From positions 131,750,001 through 131,814,000 of the forward strand of contig OZ024743.1 in NCBI GenBank assembly GCA_964016885.1: a stretch of DNA of 64,000 nt. Reading direction: 5' to 3'. Below the pieces are notes generated by a model, which was given only the letters and a program-made list of their open reading frames with translations, was not told where the DNA came from and made no database searches. A program made the position numbers and the translations under genes. Source of the stretch: Eledone cirrhosa (lineage: Eukaryota). The stretch's first letter is position 1, and each line of letters begins with the position of its first letter. Below, piece by piece: positions 26,201-39,500 of the stretch.

Positions 26201-27491
26201 GTGCTTGGTGTTTTGTGTTTGGTGTTTGGTGCTTGGTGTATGTACTTGGTGCTTGGTGCTTGGTGTTTGGTGCTTGGTTCTTGGTGTTTGGTGCTTGGTG
26301 CTTGGTGCTTGGTGTTTTGTGCTTGGTGCTTGGTGATTAGTGTTTGGTGCATGGTGCTTGGTGTTTGTTGTTTGGTGCTTGGTGCTTGGTGTTTGGTGCT
26401 TGGTGCTTGCTGTTTGGTGTTTGGTGTTTGGTGCTTGGTGCTTGGTGTTTGGTGTTTGGTGTTTGGTGTTTGGTGTTTGGTGCTTGGTGCTTGGTGTTTG
26501 GTGCTTGGTGTTTGGTGTTTGGTGCTTGGTGTTTGGTACTTGGTGCTTGGTGCTTGGTGTTAAGTGTTTGGTGCTTGGTGCTTGGTGTTTGGTGCTTCGT
26601 GCTTGGTGCTTGGTGTTTGGTGCATGGTGCTTGGTGTTTGGGGCTTGGTGCCTGGGGCTTTGTGTTTGGTGCTAGGTGCTTGGTGCTTGGTCTTTGGTGT
26701 TTGGTGCTTGGTGCTTGGTGCTTGGTGTTTGGTGCTTGGTGCTTGGTGCTTGGTTATTAGTGTTTGGTGCTTGGTGCTTGGGGTTTGGTGTTTGGTGCTT
26801 GGTGCTTGGTGTTTGGTGTTTGCTGTATGGTGTTTGCTGTTTCGTGGTTGGTGTTTGCTGTTTGGTGTTTAATGCTTGGTGCTTGGTGCTTGGTGTTTGG
26901 TGCTTGGTGCTTGGTGCTTGGTGTTTGGCGTTTGCTCTTTGCTGTTTGGTGTTTGGTGCTTGCTGTTTGGTGTTTGGTGTTTGGTGTTTGGTGTTTGGTG
27001 CTTGCTGTTTGGTGCTTGGTGCTTGGTGTTTGGTGTTTGGTGTTTGGTTCTTGGTGCTTGGTGTTTGGTGGTTGGTGCTTGGTGCTGGGTGTTTGGTGCT
27101 AGGTGCTTGGTGTTTGGTGCTTGGTGTTTGGTGTTTGGTGTTTGGTGCTTGGTGCTTGGTCTTTGGTGCTTGGTGTTTGGTGCTTGGTGCTTGGTGCTTG
27201 GTGTTTGGTGCTTGGGGCTTGGTGTTTGGTGCTTGGTGATTGCTGCTTGGTGTTTGGTGTTTGGTGCTTGGTGCTTGGTGCTTGGTGATTAGTGTTTGGT
27301 GCTTGGTGCTTGGTGCCTTGTGCTTGGTGCTTGGTGCTTGTTGTTTGGTGCTTGGTGCCTGGTGATTAGTGTTTGGTGCTTGGTGCTTGGTGCCTGGTGC
27401 TTGGTGCTTGTTGTTTGGTGCTTGGTGCTTGGTGATTAGTGTTTGGTGCTTGGTGCTTGGGGCTTGGTGTTTGGTGCTTGGTGCTTGGTGC
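10526..27491 (+). repeat. Near-identical 8,469-bp tandem duplication (copy 1 ~10526-18994, copy 2 ~18995-27463)
   Basis: Eight ATGTAC markers (10806...17771) recur exactly +8469 (19275...26240). The ORF track repeats at +8469 (e.g. 11442/19911, 17190/25659, 18900/27369). The monomer TTAAGGC was seen only at 13714 and 22183. Confidence 0.95.
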
Positions 27492-30400
27492 TTGCTGTTT
27501 GGTGGTTGCTGTTTGGTGCTTGGTGTTTGGTGCTTGGTGCTTGGTGCTTGGTTTTTGGTGCTTGGTGCTTGGTGCTTGGTGTTTGGTGCTTGGTGCTTGG
27601 TGCTTGTTGTTTGGTGCTTGGTGCTTGGTCTTTGCTGCTTGGTGTTTGGTGTTTGGTGCTTGGTGCTTGGTGTTTGGTGCTTGGTGCCTGGTGCTTGGTG
27701 TTTGGTGCTTGGTGCTTGGTGTTTGCTGATTGGTGCTTGGTGCTTGGTGCTTGGTGCTTAGTGCTTGGTGTTTGGTGTTTGGTGCTTGGTACTTGGTGTT
27801 TGGTGTTTGATGCTTGGTGTTTGATGCTTGTTGCTTGGTGCTTGGTGTTTTGTGTTTGGTGTTTGGTGCTTGGTGTATGTACTTGGTGCTTGGTGCTTGG
27901 TGTTTGGTGCTTGGTTCTTGGTGTTTGGTGCTTGGTGCTTGGTGCTTGGTGTTTGGTGCTTGGTGCTTGGTGTTTGGTGCTTGGTGTTTGGTGTTTGGTG
28001 CTTGGTGTTTGGTACTTGGTGCTTGGTGCTTGGTGTTAAGTGTTTGGTGCTTGGTGCTTGGTGTTTGGTGCTTCGTGCTTGGTGCTTGGTGTTTGGTGCA
28101 TGGTGCTTGGTGTTTGGGGCTTGGTGCCTGGTGCTTTGTGTTTGGTGCTAGGTGCTTGGTGCTTGGTCTTTGGTGTTTGGTGCTTAGTACTTGGTGCTTG
28201 GTGTTTGGTGCTTGGTGTTTGGTGCTTGGTTATTAGTGTTTGGTGTTTGGTGCTTGGCGCTTGGTGTTTGGTGCTTGGTGCTTGGTGCTTGGTAATTAGT
28301 GCTTGGTGCTTGGTGCTTGGGGTTTGGTGTTTGGTGCTTGGTGCTTGGTGTTTGGTGTTTGCTGTATGGTGTTTGCTGTTTCGTGTTTGGTGTTTGGTGT
28401 TTGGTGTTTAATGCTTGGTGCTTGGTGTTTGGTGTTTGGTGTTTGGTGCTTGGTGCTTGGTGTTTGGTGCTTGGTGCTTGGTGCTGGGTGTTTGGTGCTT
28501 GGTGCTTGGTGTTTGGTGCTTGGTGCTTGATGCTTGGTGCTTGGTGTTTGGTCCTTGGTGCTTGGTGCTTGGTCTTTGGTGCTTGGGGTTTGGTGTTTGG
28601 TGCTTGGTGCTTGGTGTTTGGTGCTTGGTGCTTGGTGCTTGGTGCTTGGTGTTTGGTGCTTGCTGCTTGGTGCTTGGTGTTTGGTGCTTGGTGCTTAGTG
28701 ATTAGTGTTTGGTGCATGGTGCTTGGTGTTTGTTGTTTGGTGCTTGGTGCTTGGTGTTTGGTGCTTGGTGCTTGCTGTTTGGTGGTTGGTGTTTGGTGTT
28801 TGGTGCTTGGTGCTTGGTGTTTGGTGCTTGGTGTTTGGTGCTTGGTGTTCGGTGCTTGGTGCTTGGTGCTTGGTACTTGGTGTTAGGTTTTTGGTGCTTG
28901 GGGCTTGGTGTTTGGTGTTTGGTGCTTGGAGCTTGGTGTTTGGTGTTTGGTGCTTGGTGTTTGGTGTTTGGTGCTTTGTGCTTGGTGTTTGGTGCTGGGT
29001 GTATGGTGTTTGGTGCTTGGTGCTTGGTGCTTGGTGTTTGGTGTTTGGTGCTTGGTACTTGGTGTTTGGTGTTTGATGCTTGGTGTTTGATGCTTGTTGC
29101 TTGGTGCTTGGTGTTTTGTGTTTGGTGTTTCGTGCTTGGTGTATGTACGTGGTGCTTGGTGCTTGGTGTTTGGTGCTTGGTTCTTGGTGTTTGGTGCTTG
29201 GTTCTTGGTGCTTGGTGTTTGGTGCTTGGTGCTTGGTGTTTGGTGCTTGGTGTTTGGTGTTTGGTGCTTGGTGTTTGGTACTTGGTGCTTGGTGCTTGGT
29301 GTTAAGTGTTTGGTGCTTGGTGCTTGGTGTTTGGTGCTTCGTGCTTGGTGCTTGGTGTTTGGTGCATGGTGCTTGGTGTTTGGGGCTTGGTGCCAGGGGC
29401 TTTGTGTTTGGTGCTAGGTGCTTGGTGCTTGGTCTTTGGTGTTTGGTGCTTGGTGCTTGGTGCTTGGTGTTTGGTGCTTGGTGCTTGGTGCTTGGTTATT
29501 AGTGTTTGGTGCTTGGTGCTTGGGGTTTGGTGTTTGGTGCTTGGTGCTTGGTGTTTGGTGTTTGCTGTATGGTGTTTGCTGTTTCGTGGTTGGTGTTTGC
29601 TGTTTGGTGTTTAATGCTTGGTGCTTGGTGCTTGGTGTTTGGTGCTTGGTGCTTGGTGCTTGGTGTTTGGCGTTTGCTCTTTGCTGTTTGGTGTTTGGTG
29701 CTTGCTGTTTGGTGTTTGGTGTTTGGTGTTTGGTGTTTGGTGCTTGCTGTTTGGTGCTTGGTGCTTGGTGTTTGGTGTTTGGTGTTTGGTGCTTGGTGCT
29801 TGGTGTTTGGTGGTTGGTGCTTGGTGCTGGGTGTTTGGTGCTAGGTGCTTGGTGTTTGGTGCTTGGTGCTTGGTGCTTGGTGCTTGGTCTTTGGTGCTTG
29901 GTGTTTGGTGCTTGGTGCTTGGTGCTTGGTGTTTGGTGCTTGAGGCTTGGTGTTTGGTGCTTGGTGATTGCTGCTTGGTGTTTGGTGTTTGGTGCTTGGT
30001 GCTTGGTGCTTGGTGATTAGTGTTTGGTGCTTGGTGCTTGGTGCCTTGTGCTTGGTGCTTGGTGCTTGTTGTTTAGTGCTTGGTGCTTGGTGATTAGTGT
30101 TTGGTGCTTGGTGCTTGGTGCCTGGTGCTTGGTGCTTGTTGTTTGGTGCTTGGTGCTTGGTGATTAGTGTTTGGTGCTTGGTGCTTGGGGCTTGGTGTTT
30201 GGTGCTTGGTGCTTGGTGCTTGCTGTTTGGTGGTTGCTGTTTGGTGCTTGGTGTTTGGTGCTTGGTGCTTGGTGCTTGGTTTTTGGTGCTTGGTGCTTGG
30301 TGCTTGGTGTTTGGTGCTTGGTGCTTGGTGCTTGTTGTTTGGTGCTTGGTGCTTGGTCTTTGCTGCTTGGTGTTTGGTGTTTGGTGCTTGGTGCTTGGTG

Positions 30401-33400
30401 TTTGGTGCTTGGTGCCTGGTGCTTGGTGTTTGGTGCTTGGTGCTTGGTGTTTGCTGATTGGTGCTTGGTGCTTGGTGCTTGGTGCTTAGTGCTTGGTGTT
30501 TGGTGTTTGGTGCTTGGTGTTAGGTGTTTGGTGTTTGATGCTTGGTTTTTGCTGCTTGGTGCTTGGTGCTTGGTGCTTTGTGTTCTGTGTTTGGTGCTTG
30601 GTGCTTGGTGCCTGGTGCTTGGTGCTTGGTGCTTGTTGTTTGGTGCTTGGTGCTTGGTGATTAGTCTTTGGTGCTTGGTGCTTGGTGTTTGGTGTTTGGT
30701 GTTTCGTGCTTGGTGTCTAGTGTTTGGGTTATGGTGTTTGGTGCTTGGTGCTTAGTGTTTGGTGTTTGGTGATTGGTGCTTGGTGTTTGGTGTTTGGTGC
30801 TTGGTGTTTGGTGCTTGGTGCTTTGAGCTTGGTGTTTGGTGCTGGGTGTATGGTGTTTGGTGCTTGGTGCTTGGTGCTTGGTGTTTGGTGTTTGGTGCTT
30901 GGTACTTGGTGTTTGGTGTTTGATGCTTGGTGTTTGATGCTTGTTGCTTGGTGCTTGGTGTTTTGTGTTTGGTGTTTGGTGCTTGGTGTATGTACTTGGT
31001 GCTTGGTGCTTGGTGTTTGGTGCTTGGTTCTTGGTGTTTGGTGCTTGGTGCTTGGTGTTTGGTGCTTGGTGTTTGGTGTTTGGTGCTTGGTGTTTGGTAC
31101 TTGGTGCTTGGTGCTTGGTGTTTGGTGCTTGGTTCTTGGTTTTTGGTGCTTGGTGCTTGGTGCTTGGTGTTTGGTGCTTGGTACTTGGTGTTTGGTGCTT
31201 GGTGTTTGGTGTTTGGTGCTTGGTGTTTGGTACTTGGTGCTTGGTGCTTGGTGTTAAGTGTTTGGTGCTTGGTGTTTGGTGCTTCGTGCTTGGTGCTTGG
31301 TGTTTGGTGCATGGTGCTTGGTGTTTGGGGCTTGGTGCCTGGTGCTTTCTGTTTGGTGCTAGGTGCTTGGTGCTTGGTCTTTGGTGTTTGGTGCTTGGTG
31401 CTTGGTGCTTGGTGTTTGGTGCTTGGTGCTTGGTGCTTGGTAATTAGTGTTTGGTGCTTGGTGCTTGGGGTTTGGTGTTTGGTGCTTGGTGCTTGGTGTT
31501 TGGTGTTTGCTGTATGGTGTTTGCTGTTTCGTGTTTGGTGTTTGGTGTTTGGTGTTTAATGCTTGGTGCTTGGTGTTTGGTGTTTGGTGTTTGGTGCTTG
31601 GTGCTTGGTGTTTGGTGCTTGGTGCTTGGTGCTGGGTGTTTGGTGCTTGGTGCTTGGTGTTTGGTGCTTGGTGCTTGATGCTTGGTGCTTGGTGTTTGGT
31701 CCTTGGTGCTTGGTGCTTGGTCTTTGGTGCTTGGGGTTTGGTGTTTGGTGCTTGGTGCTTGGTATTTGGTGCTTGGTGCTTGGTGCTTGGTGCTTGGTGT
31801 TTGGTGCTTGCTGCTTGGTGCTTGGTGTTTGGTGCTTGGTGCTTAGTGATTAGTGTTTGGTGCATGGTGCTTGGTGTTTGTTGTTTGGTGCTTGGTGCTT
31901 GGTGTTTGGTGCTTGGTGCTTGCTGTTTGGTGTTTGGTGTTTGGTGCTTGGTGCTTGGTGTTTGGTGTTTGGTGTTTGGTGCTTGGTGCTTGGTGTTTGG
32001 TGCTTGGTGTTTGGTGTTTGGTGCTTGGTGTTTGGTACTTGGTGCTTGGTGCTTGGTGTTAAGTGTTTGGTGCTTGGTGCTTGGTGTTTGGTGCTTCGTG
32101 CTTGGTGCTTGGTGTTTGGTGCATGGTGCTTGGTGTTTGGGGCTTGGTGCCTGGGGCTTTGTGCTTGGTGCTAGGTGCTTGGTGCTTGGTCTTTGGTGTT
32201 TGGTGCTTGGTGCTTGGTGCTTGGTGTTTGATGCTTGATGCTTGGTGCTTGGTTATTAGTGTTTGGTGCTTGGTGCTTGGGGTTTGGTGTTTGGTGCTTG
32301 GTGCTTGGTGTTTGGTGTTTGCTGTATGGTGTTTGCTGTTTCGTGTTTGGTGTTTGCTGTTTGGTGTTTAATGCTTGGTGCTTGGTGCTTGGTGTTTGGT
32401 GCTTGGTGCTTGGTGCTTGGTGTTTGGCGTTTGCTCTTTGCTGTTTGGTGTTTGGTGCTTGCTGTTTGGTGTTTGGTGTTTGGTGTTTGGTGTTTGGTGC
32501 TTGCTGTTTGGTGCTTGGTGCTTGGTGTTTGGTGTTTGGTGTTTGGTGCTTGGTGCTTGGTGTTTGGTGGTTGGTGCTTGGTGCTGGGTGTTTGGTGCTA
32601 GGTGCTTGGTGTTTGGTGCTTGGTGCTTGGTGCTTGGTGCTTGGTCTTTGGTGCTTGGTGTTTGGTGCTTGGTGCTTGGTGCTTGGTGTTTGGTGCTTGG
32701 GGCTTGGTGTTTGGTGCTTGGTGATTGCTGCTTGGTGTTTGGTGTTTGGTGCTTGGTGCTTGGTGCTTGGTGATTAGTGTTTGGTGCTTGGTGCTTGGTG
32801 CCTTGTGCTTGGTGTTTGGTGCTTGTTGTTTGGTGCTTGGTGCTTGGTGATTAGTGTTTGGTGCTTGGTGCTTGGTGCCTGGTGCTTGGTGCTTGTTGTT
32901 TGGTGCTTGGTGCTTGGTGATTAGTGTTTGGTGCTTGGTGCTTGGGGCTTGGTGTTTGGTGCTTGGTGCTTGGTGCTTGCTGTTTGGTGGTTGCTGTTTG
33001 GTGCTTGGTGTTTGGTGCTTGGTGCTTGGTGCTTGGTTTTTGGTGCTTGGTGCTTGGTGCTTGGTGTTTGGTGCTTGGTGCTTGGTGCTTGTTGTTTGGT
33101 GCTTGGTGCTTGGTCTTTGGTGCTTGGTGTTTGGTGTTTGGTGCTTGGTGCTTGGTGTTTGGTGCTTGGTGCCTGGTGCTTGGTGTTTGGTGCTTGGTGC
33201 TTGGTGTTTGCTGATTGGTGCTTGGTGCTTGGTGCTTGGTGCTTAGTGCTTGGTGTTTGGTGTTTGGTGCTTGGTGTTTGGTGTTTGGTGTTTGATGCTT
33301 GGTTTTTGCTGCTTGGTGCTTGGTGCTTGGTGCTTGGTGTTCTGTATTTGGTGCTTGGTGCTTGGTGCCCGGTGCTTGGTGCTTGGTGCTTGTTGTTTGG

Positions 33401-33500
33401 TGCTTTGTGCTTGGTGATTAGTCTTTGGTGCTTGGTGTTTGGTGTTTGGTGTTTTGTGCTTGGTGTCTAGTGTTTGGTGTTTGGTGCTTGGTGCTTGGTG
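26500..33500 (+). repeat. Variable ~2.7-kb higher-order periodicity
   Basis: Near-identical ORF-track peptides at 27369/30097/32854 (offsets 2728, 2757) and 26764/29506/32263. The intervening segments differ in content. Boundaries are approximate. Confidence 0.7.
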
Positions 33501-36500
33501 TTTGGTGTTTGGTGCTTGGTGTTTGGTGCTTGGTGCTTTGAGCTTGGTGTTTGGTGCTGGGTGTATGGTGTTTGGTGCTTGGTGCTTGGTGCTTGGTGTT
33601 TGGTGTTTGGTGCTTGGTACTTGGTGTTTGGTGTTTGATGCTTGGTGTTTGATGCTTGTTGCTTGGTGCTTGGTGTTTTGTGTTTTGTGTTTGGTGCTTG
33701 GTGTATGTACTTGGTGCTTGGTGCTTGGTGTTTGGTGCTTGGTTCTTGGTGTTTGGTGCTTGGTGCTTGGTGTTTGGTGCTTGGTGTTTGGTGTTTGGTG
33801 CTTGGTGTTTGGTACTTGGTGCTTGGTGCTTGGTGTTTGGTGCTTGGTTCTTGGTTTTTGGTGCTTGGTGCTTGGTGCTTGGTGTTTGGTGCTTGGTACT
33901 TGGTGTTTGGTGCTTGGTGTTAGGTGTTTGGTGCTTGGTGTTTGGTACTTGGTGCTTGGTGCTTGGTGTTAAGTGTTTGGTGCTTGGTGTTTGGTGCTTC
34001 GTGCTTGGTGCTTGGTGTTTGGTGCATGGTGCTTGGTGTTTGGGGCTTGGTGCCTGGTGCTTTCTGTTTGGTGCTAGGTGCTTGGTGCTTGGTCTTTGGT
34101 GTTTGGTGCTTGGTGCTTGGTGCTTGGTGTTTGGTGCTTGGTGCTTGGTGCTTGGTAATTAGTGTTTAGTGCTTGGTGCTTGGGGTTTGGTGTTTGGTGC
34201 TTGGTGCTTGGTGTTTGGTGTTTGCTGTATGGTGTTTGCTGTTTCGTGTTTGGTGTTTGGTGTTTGGTGTTTAATGCTTGGTGCTTGGTGTTTGGTGCTT
34301 GGTGTTAGGTGTTTGGTGCTTGGTGTTTGGTACTTGGTGCTTGGTGCTTGGTGTTAAGTGTTTGGTGCTTGGTGTTTGGTGCTTCGTGCTTGGTGCTTGG
34401 TGTTTGGTGCATGGTGCTTGGTGTTTGGGGCTTGGTGCCTGGTGCTTTCTGTTTGGTGCTAGGTGCTTGGTGCTTGGTCTTTGGTGTTTGGTGCTTGGTG
34501 CTTGGTGCTTGGTGTTTGGTGCTTGGTGTTTGGTGCTTGGTGCTTGGTGCTGGGTGTTTGGTGCTTGGTGCTTGGTGTTTGGTGCTTGGTGCTTGATGCT
34601 TGGTGCTTGGTGTTTGGTCCTTGGTGCTTGGTGCTCGGTCTTTGGTGCTTGGGGTTTGGTGTTTGGTGCTTGGTGCTTGGTGTTTGGTGCTTGGTGCTTG
34701 GTGCTTGGTGTTTGGTGTTTGGTGCTTGCTGCTTGGTGCTTGGTGTTTGGTGTTTGGTGTTTGGTGCTTGGTGCTTGGTGTTTGGTGCTTGGTGTTTGGT
34801 GCTTGGTGTATGTACTTGGTGCTTGGTGCTTGGTGTTTGGTGCTTGGTTCTTGGTGTTTGGTGCTTGGTGCTTGGTGCTTGGTGTTTGGTGCTTGGTGCT
34901 TGGTGTTTGGTACTTGGTGCTTGGTGTTTGGTGTTTGGTGCTTGGTGTTTGGTGCTTGGTGCTTGGTGCTTGGTGTTAAGTGTTTGGTGCTTGGTGCTTC
35001 GTGTTTGGTGCTTGGTGCTTGGTGCTTGGTGCTTGGTGTTTGGTGCATGGTGCTTGATGTTTGGGGCTTGGTGCCTGGTGCTTGGTGTTTGGTGCTTGGT
35101 GCTTGGTGCTTGGTGTTTGGTGTTTGGTGCTTGGTGCTTGGTGTTTGGTGCTTGGTGTTTGGTGCTTGGTGTTCGGTGCTTGGTGCTTGGTGCTTGGTAC
35201 TTGGTGTTAGGTTTTTGGTGCTTGGGGCTTGGTGTTTGGTGTTTGGTGCTTGGTGCTTGGTGTTTGGTGTTTGGTGCTTGGTGTTTGGTGTTTGGTGCTT
35301 TGTGCTTGGTGTTTGGTGCTGGGTGTATGGTGTTTGGTGCTTGGTGCTTGGTGCTTGGTGTTTGGTGTTTGGTGCTTGGTACTTGGTGTTTGGTGTTTGA
35401 TGCTTGGTGTTTGATGCTTGTTGCTTGGTGCTTGGTGTTTTGTGTTTGGTGTTTGGTGCTTGGTGTATGTACTTGGTGTATGTACTTGGTGCTTGGTGCT
35501 TGGTGTTTGGTGCTTGGTTCTTGGTGTTTGGTGCTTGGTGCTTGGTGCTTGGTGTTTGGTGCTTGGTGCTTGGTGTTTGGTGCTTGGTGTTTGGTGTTTG
35601 GTGCTTGGTGTTTGGTACTTGGTGCTTGGTGCTTGGTTTTAAGTGTTTAGTGCTTGGTGCTTGGTGTTTGGTGCCTCGTGCTTGGTACTTGGTGTTTGGT
35701 GCATGGTGCTTGGTGTTTGGGGCTTGGTGCTTGGTGCTTGGTCTTTGGTGATTGGTGCTTGGTGCCTGGTGCTTTGTGTTTGGTGCTAGGTGCTTGGTGC
35801 TTGGTCTTTGGTGATTGGTGCTTGGTGCTTGGTGCTTGGTGTTTGGTGCTTGGTGCTTGGGGCTTGGTTATTAGTGTTTGGTGCTTGGTGCTTGGGGTTT
35901 GGTGTTTGGTGCTTGGTGCTTGGTGTTTGGTGTTTGCTGTATGGTGTTTGCTGTTTCGTGTTTGGTGTTTGCTGTTTGGTGTTTAATGCTTGGTGCTTGG
36001 TGCTTGGTGTTTGGTGGTTGGTGCTTGGTGCTTGGTGATTGGTGTTTGGTGTTTGGTGCTTGCTGTTTGGTGCTTGGTGCTTGGTGTTTGGTGTTTGGTG
36101 TTTGGTGCTTGGTGCTTGGTGTTTGGTGGTTGGTGCTTGGTGCTGGGTGTTTGGTGCTTTGTGCTTGGTGTTTGGTGCTTGGTGCTTGGTGCTTGGTGCT
36201 TGGTCTTTGGTGCTTGGTGTTTGGTGTTTGGTGCTTGGTGCTGGGTGTTTGGTGCTTGGTGCTTGGTGTTTGGTGCTTGGTGCTTGGTGCTTGGTGCTTG
36301 GTCTTTGGTGCTTGGTGTTTGGTGTTTGGTGCTTGGTGTTTGGTGCTTGGTGCTTGTTGCTTGGTGATTAGTGTTTGGTGCTTGGTGCTTGGTGCCTTGT
36401 GCTTGGTGCTTGGTGCTTGTTGTTTGGTGCTTGGTGCTTGGTGATTAGTGTTTGGTGCTTGGTGCTTGGTGCCTGGTGCTTGGTGCTTGTTGTTTGGTGC

Positions 36501-39500
36501 TTGGTGCTTGGTGATTAGTGTTTGGTGCCTGGTGCTTGGTGCTTGCTGTTTGGTGGTTGCTGTTTGGTGCTTGGTGTTTGGTGCTTGGTGCTTGGTGCTT
36601 GGTGTTTGGTGCTTGGTACTTGGTGTTTGGTGCTTGGTGTTTGGTGTTTGGTGCTTGGTGTTTGGTACTTGGTGCTTGGTGCTTGGTGTTAAGTGTTTGG
36701 TGCTTGGTGTTTGGTGCTTCGTGCTTGGTGCTTGGTGTTTGGTATATGGTGCTTGGTGTTTGGGGCTTGGTGCCTGGTGCTTTCTGTTTGGTGCTAGGTG
36801 CTTGGTGCTTGGTCTTTGGTGTTTGGTGCTTGGTGCTTGGTGCTTGGTGTTTGGTGCTTGGTGCTTGGTGCTTGGTAATTAGTGTTTGGTGCTTGGTGCT
36901 TGGGGTTTGGTGTTTGGTGCTTGGTGCTTGGTGTTTGGTGTTTGCTGTATGGTGTTTGCTGTTTCGTGTTTGGTGTTTGGTGTTTGGTGTTTAATGCTTG
37001 GTGCTTGGTGTTTGGTTTTTGGTGTTTGGTGCTTGGTGCTTGGTGTTTGGTGCTTGGTGCTTGGTGCTGGGTGTTTGGTGCTTGGTGCTTGGTGTTTGGT
37101 GCTTGGTGCTTGATGCTTGGTGCTTGGTGTTTGGTCCTTGGTGCTTGGTGCTTGGTCTTTGGTGCTTGGGGTTTGGTGTTTGGTGCTTGGTGCTTGGTGT
37201 TTGGTGCTTGGTGCTTGGTGCTTGGTGCTTGGTGTTTGGTGCTTGCTGCTTGGTGCTTGGTGTTTGGTGCTTGGTGCTTAGTGATTAGTGTTTGGTGCAT
37301 GGTGCTTGGTGTTTGTTGTTTGGTGCTTGGTGCTTGGTGTTTGGTGCTTGGTGCTTGCTGTTTGGTGTTTGGTGTTTGGTGCTTGGTGCTTGGTGTTTGG
37401 TGTTTGGTGTTTGGTGCTTGGTGCTTGGTGTTTGGTGCTTGGTGTTTGGTGTTTGGTGCTTGGTGTTTGGTACTTGGTGCTTGGTGCTTGGTGTTAAGTG
37501 TTTGGTGCTTGGTGCTTGGTGTTTGGTGCTTCGTGCTTGGTGCTTGGTGTTTGGTGCATGGTGCTTGGTGTTTGGGGCTTGGTGCCTGGGGCTTTGTGTT
37601 TGGTGCTAGGTGCTTGGTGCTTGGTCTTTGGTGTTTGGTGCTTGGTGCTTGGTGCTTGGTGTTTGGTGCTTGATGCTTGGTGCTTGGTTATTAGTGTTTG
37701 GTGCTTGGTGCTTGGGGTTTGGTGTTTGGTGCTTGGTGCTTGGTGTTTGGTGTTTGCTGTATGGTGTTTGCTGTTTTGTGTTTGGTGTTTGCTGTTTGGT
37801 GTTTAATGCTTGGTGCTTGGTGCTTGGTGTTTGGTGCTTGGTGCTTGGTGCTTGGTGTTTGGCGTTTGCTCTTTGCTGTTTGGTGTTTGGTGCTTGCTGT
37901 TTGGTGTTTGGTGTTTGGTGTTTGGTGTTTGGTGCTTGCTGTTTGGTGCTTGGTGCTTGGTGTTTGGTGTTTGGTGTTTGGTGCTTGGTGCTTGGTGTTT
38001 GGTGGTTGGTGCTTGGTGCTGGGTGTTTGGTGCTAGGTGCTTGGTGTTTGGTGCTTGGTGCTTGGTGCTTGGTGCTTGGTCTTTGGTGATTGGTGTTTGG
38101 TGCTTGGTGCTTGGTGCTTGGTGTTTGGTGCTTGGGGCTTGGTGTTTGGTGCTTGGTGATTGCTGCTTGGTGTTTGGTGTTTGGTGCTTGGTGCTTGGTG
38201 CTTGGTGATTAGTGTTTGGTGCTTGGTGCTTAGTGCCTTGTGCTTGGTGTTTGGTGCTTGTTGTTTGGTGCTTGGTGCTTGGTGATTAGTGTTTGGTGCT
38301 TGGTGCTTGGTGCCTGGTGCTTGGTGCTTGTTGTTTGGTGCTTGGTGCTTGGTGATTAGTGTTTGGTGCTTGGTGCTTGGGGCTTGGTGTTTGGTGCTTG
38401 GTGCTTGGTGCTTGCTGTTTGGTGGTTGCTGTTTGGTGCTTGGTGTTTGGTGCTTGGTGCTTGGTGCTTGGTTTTTGGTGCTTGGTGCTTGGTGCTTGGT
38501 GTTTGGTGCTTGGTGCTTGGTGCTTGTTGTTTGGTGCTTGGTGCTTGGTCTTTGGTGCTTGGTGTTTGGTGTTTGGTGCTTGGTGCTTGGTGTTTGGTGC
38601 TTGGTGCCTGGTGCTTGGTGTTTGGTGCTTGGTGCTTGGTGTTTGCTGATTGGTGCTTGGTGCTTGGTGCTTGGTGCTTAGTGCTTGGTGTTTGGTGTTT
38701 GGTGCTTGGTGTTTGGTGTTTGGTGTTTGATGCTTGGTTTTTGCTGCTTGGTGCTTGGTGCTTGGTGCTTGGTGTTCTGTATTTGGTGCTTGGTGCTTGG
38801 TGCCTGGTGCTTGGTGCTTGGTGCTTGTTGTTTGGTGCTTGGTGCTTGGTGATTAGTCTTTGGTGCTTGGTGTTTGGTGTTTGGTGTTTCTTGCTTGGTG
38901 TCTAGTGTTTGGTGTTTGGTGCTTGGTGCTTGGTGTTTGGTGTTTGGTGCTTGGTGTTTGGTGCTTGGTGCTTTGAGCTTGGTGTTTGGTGCTGGGTGTA
39001 TGGTGTTTGGTGCTTGGTGCTTGGTGCTTGGTGTTTGGTGTTTGGTGCTTGGTACTTGGTGTTTGGTGTTTGATGCTTGGTGTTTGATGCTTGTTGCTTG
39101 GTGCTTGGTGTTTTGTGTTTGGTGTTTGGTGCTTGGTGTATGTACTTGGTGCTTGGTGCTTGGTGTTTGGTGCTTGGTTCTTGGTGTTTGGTGCTTGGTG
39201 CTTGGTGTTTGGTGCTTGGTGTTTGGTGTTTGGTGCTTGGTGTTTGGTACTTGGTGCTTGGTGCTCGGTGTTTGGTGCTTGGTTCTTGGTTTTTGGTGCT
39301 TGGTGCTTGGTGCTTGGTGTTTGGTGCTTGGTACTTGGTGTTTGGTGCTTGGTGTTAGGTGTTTGGTGCTTGGTGTTTGGTACTTGGTGCTTGGTGCTTG
39401 GTGTTAAGTGTTTGGTGCTTGGTGTTTGGGGCTTCGTGCTTGGTGCTTGGTGTTTGGTGCATGGTGCTTGGTGTTTGGGGCTTGGTGCCTGGTGCTTTCT

